Below, one piece after another: positions 19,157-20,000 of a DNA stretch of 20,000 bases (the first letter of the stretch is position 1; every line of letters starts with the position of its first letter). Made by a program: the position numbers and the translations under genes. The notes beneath the pieces were generated by a model. It searched no databases, was not told the DNA's origin, and saw only the letters and a list, made by a program, of their open reading frames with translations. Origin of the DNA: Chiloscyllium plagiosum (taxonomy: Eukaryota); the NCBI RefSeq assembly GCF_004010195.1, contig NC_057720.1, positions 13,330,186 through 13,350,185 of the forward strand, read 5' to 3'.

Positions 19157-20000
19157 CCTCCTGATGCTGCCTGGCTTGCTGTGTTCCCCCAGCCTCCTGC
19201 CGGTCCCTCCTGATGCTACCTGCCTTGCTGTGTTCCCCCAGCCTCCTGCCTGTCCCTCCTGATGCTGCCTGGCTTGCTGTGTTCCCCCAGCCTCCTGCCG
19301 GTCCCTCCTGATGCTGCCTGCCTTGCTGTGTTCCCCCAGCCTCCTGCCTGTCCCTCCTGATGCTGCCTGACTTGCTGTGTCCTCACAGCCCCCTGCCTGT
19401 CCCTCCTGATGCTGCCTGACTTGCTGTGTCCTCACAGCCCCCTGCCTGTCCCTCCTGATGCTGCCTGACTTGCTGTGTCCTCACAGCCCCCTGCCTGTCC
19501 CTCCTGATGCTGCCTGACTTGCTGTGTCCTCACAGCCCCCTGCCTGTCCCTCCTGATGCTGCCTGACTTGCTGTGTCCTCACAGCCCCCTGCCTGTCCCT
19601 CCTGATGCTGCCTGCCTTGCTGTGTTCCCCCAGCCTCCTGCCTGTCCCTCCTGATGCTGCCTGCCTTGCTGTGTTCCCCCAGCCTCCTGCCTGTCCCTCC
19701 TGATGCTGCCTGCCTTGCTGTGTTCCCCCAGCCTCCTGCCTGTCCCTCCTGATGCTGCCTGCCTTGCTGTGTTCCCCCAGCCTCCTGCCTGTCCCTCCTG
19801 ATGCTGCCTGCCTTGCTGTGTTCCCCCAGCCTCCTGCCTGTCCCTCCTGATGCTGCCTGCCTTGCTGTGTTCCCCCAGCCTCCTGCCTGTCCCTCCTGAT
19901 GCTGCCTGCCTTGCTGTGACCCCCAGCCTCCTGCCTGTCCCTCCTGATGCTGCCTGCCTTGCTGTGTACCCCCAGCTTCCTGCCTGTCCCTCCTGATGCT
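19157..20000 (+). repeat. 49-bp minisatellite, 17 full units plus a partial unit, running off the window
   Basis: Unit cctcctgatgctgcctgccttgctgtgttcccccagcctcctgcctgtc starts at 19157, 19206, 19255 ... 19892, 19940, 19989. One unit (19892) is 48 bp. Confidence 0.97.

Noticed and set aside
19161..19167. ctgatg in every minisatellite unit as a tandem hammerhead core
   Set aside because: It reads CTGATGC, not CTGANGA, and the unit has no GAAA or stem II.
19157..20000. Regular array resembling a CRISPR or repeat-protein gene (ORF 19109-19435)
   Set aside because: No unique spacers, and a 49-bp unit is not a multiple of 3. It is a minisatellite in vertebrate DNA.

Overview
This is eukaryotic, repeat-dense intronic or intergenic DNA. 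The repeat families point to a cartilaginous fish, probably a shark (inferred from recognising CR1/HER1-type LINE tails and an HE1-like V-SINE, not from a search). There is no intact protein-coding gene; the listed ORFs are decayed transposon fragments or chance frames. The window holds many CR1 LINE fragments, several tRNA-derived SINEs, a tRNA-Ile-like relic, a Tigger-like MITE, two related solo LTRs and two assembly gaps. It also holds at least seven short Penelope-like element (PLE) insertions. Four of these are 175-210 bp fold-back (inverted-repeat) elements, three with 11-14 bp target-site duplications, built around minimal hammerhead ribozyme motifs. One motif (13797-13831, minus strand) has an intact catalytic core. 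A 49-bp minisatellite at the right edge derives from the sequence just downstream of such a hammerhead. One candidate 27-nt host microexon lies at 12050-12076.
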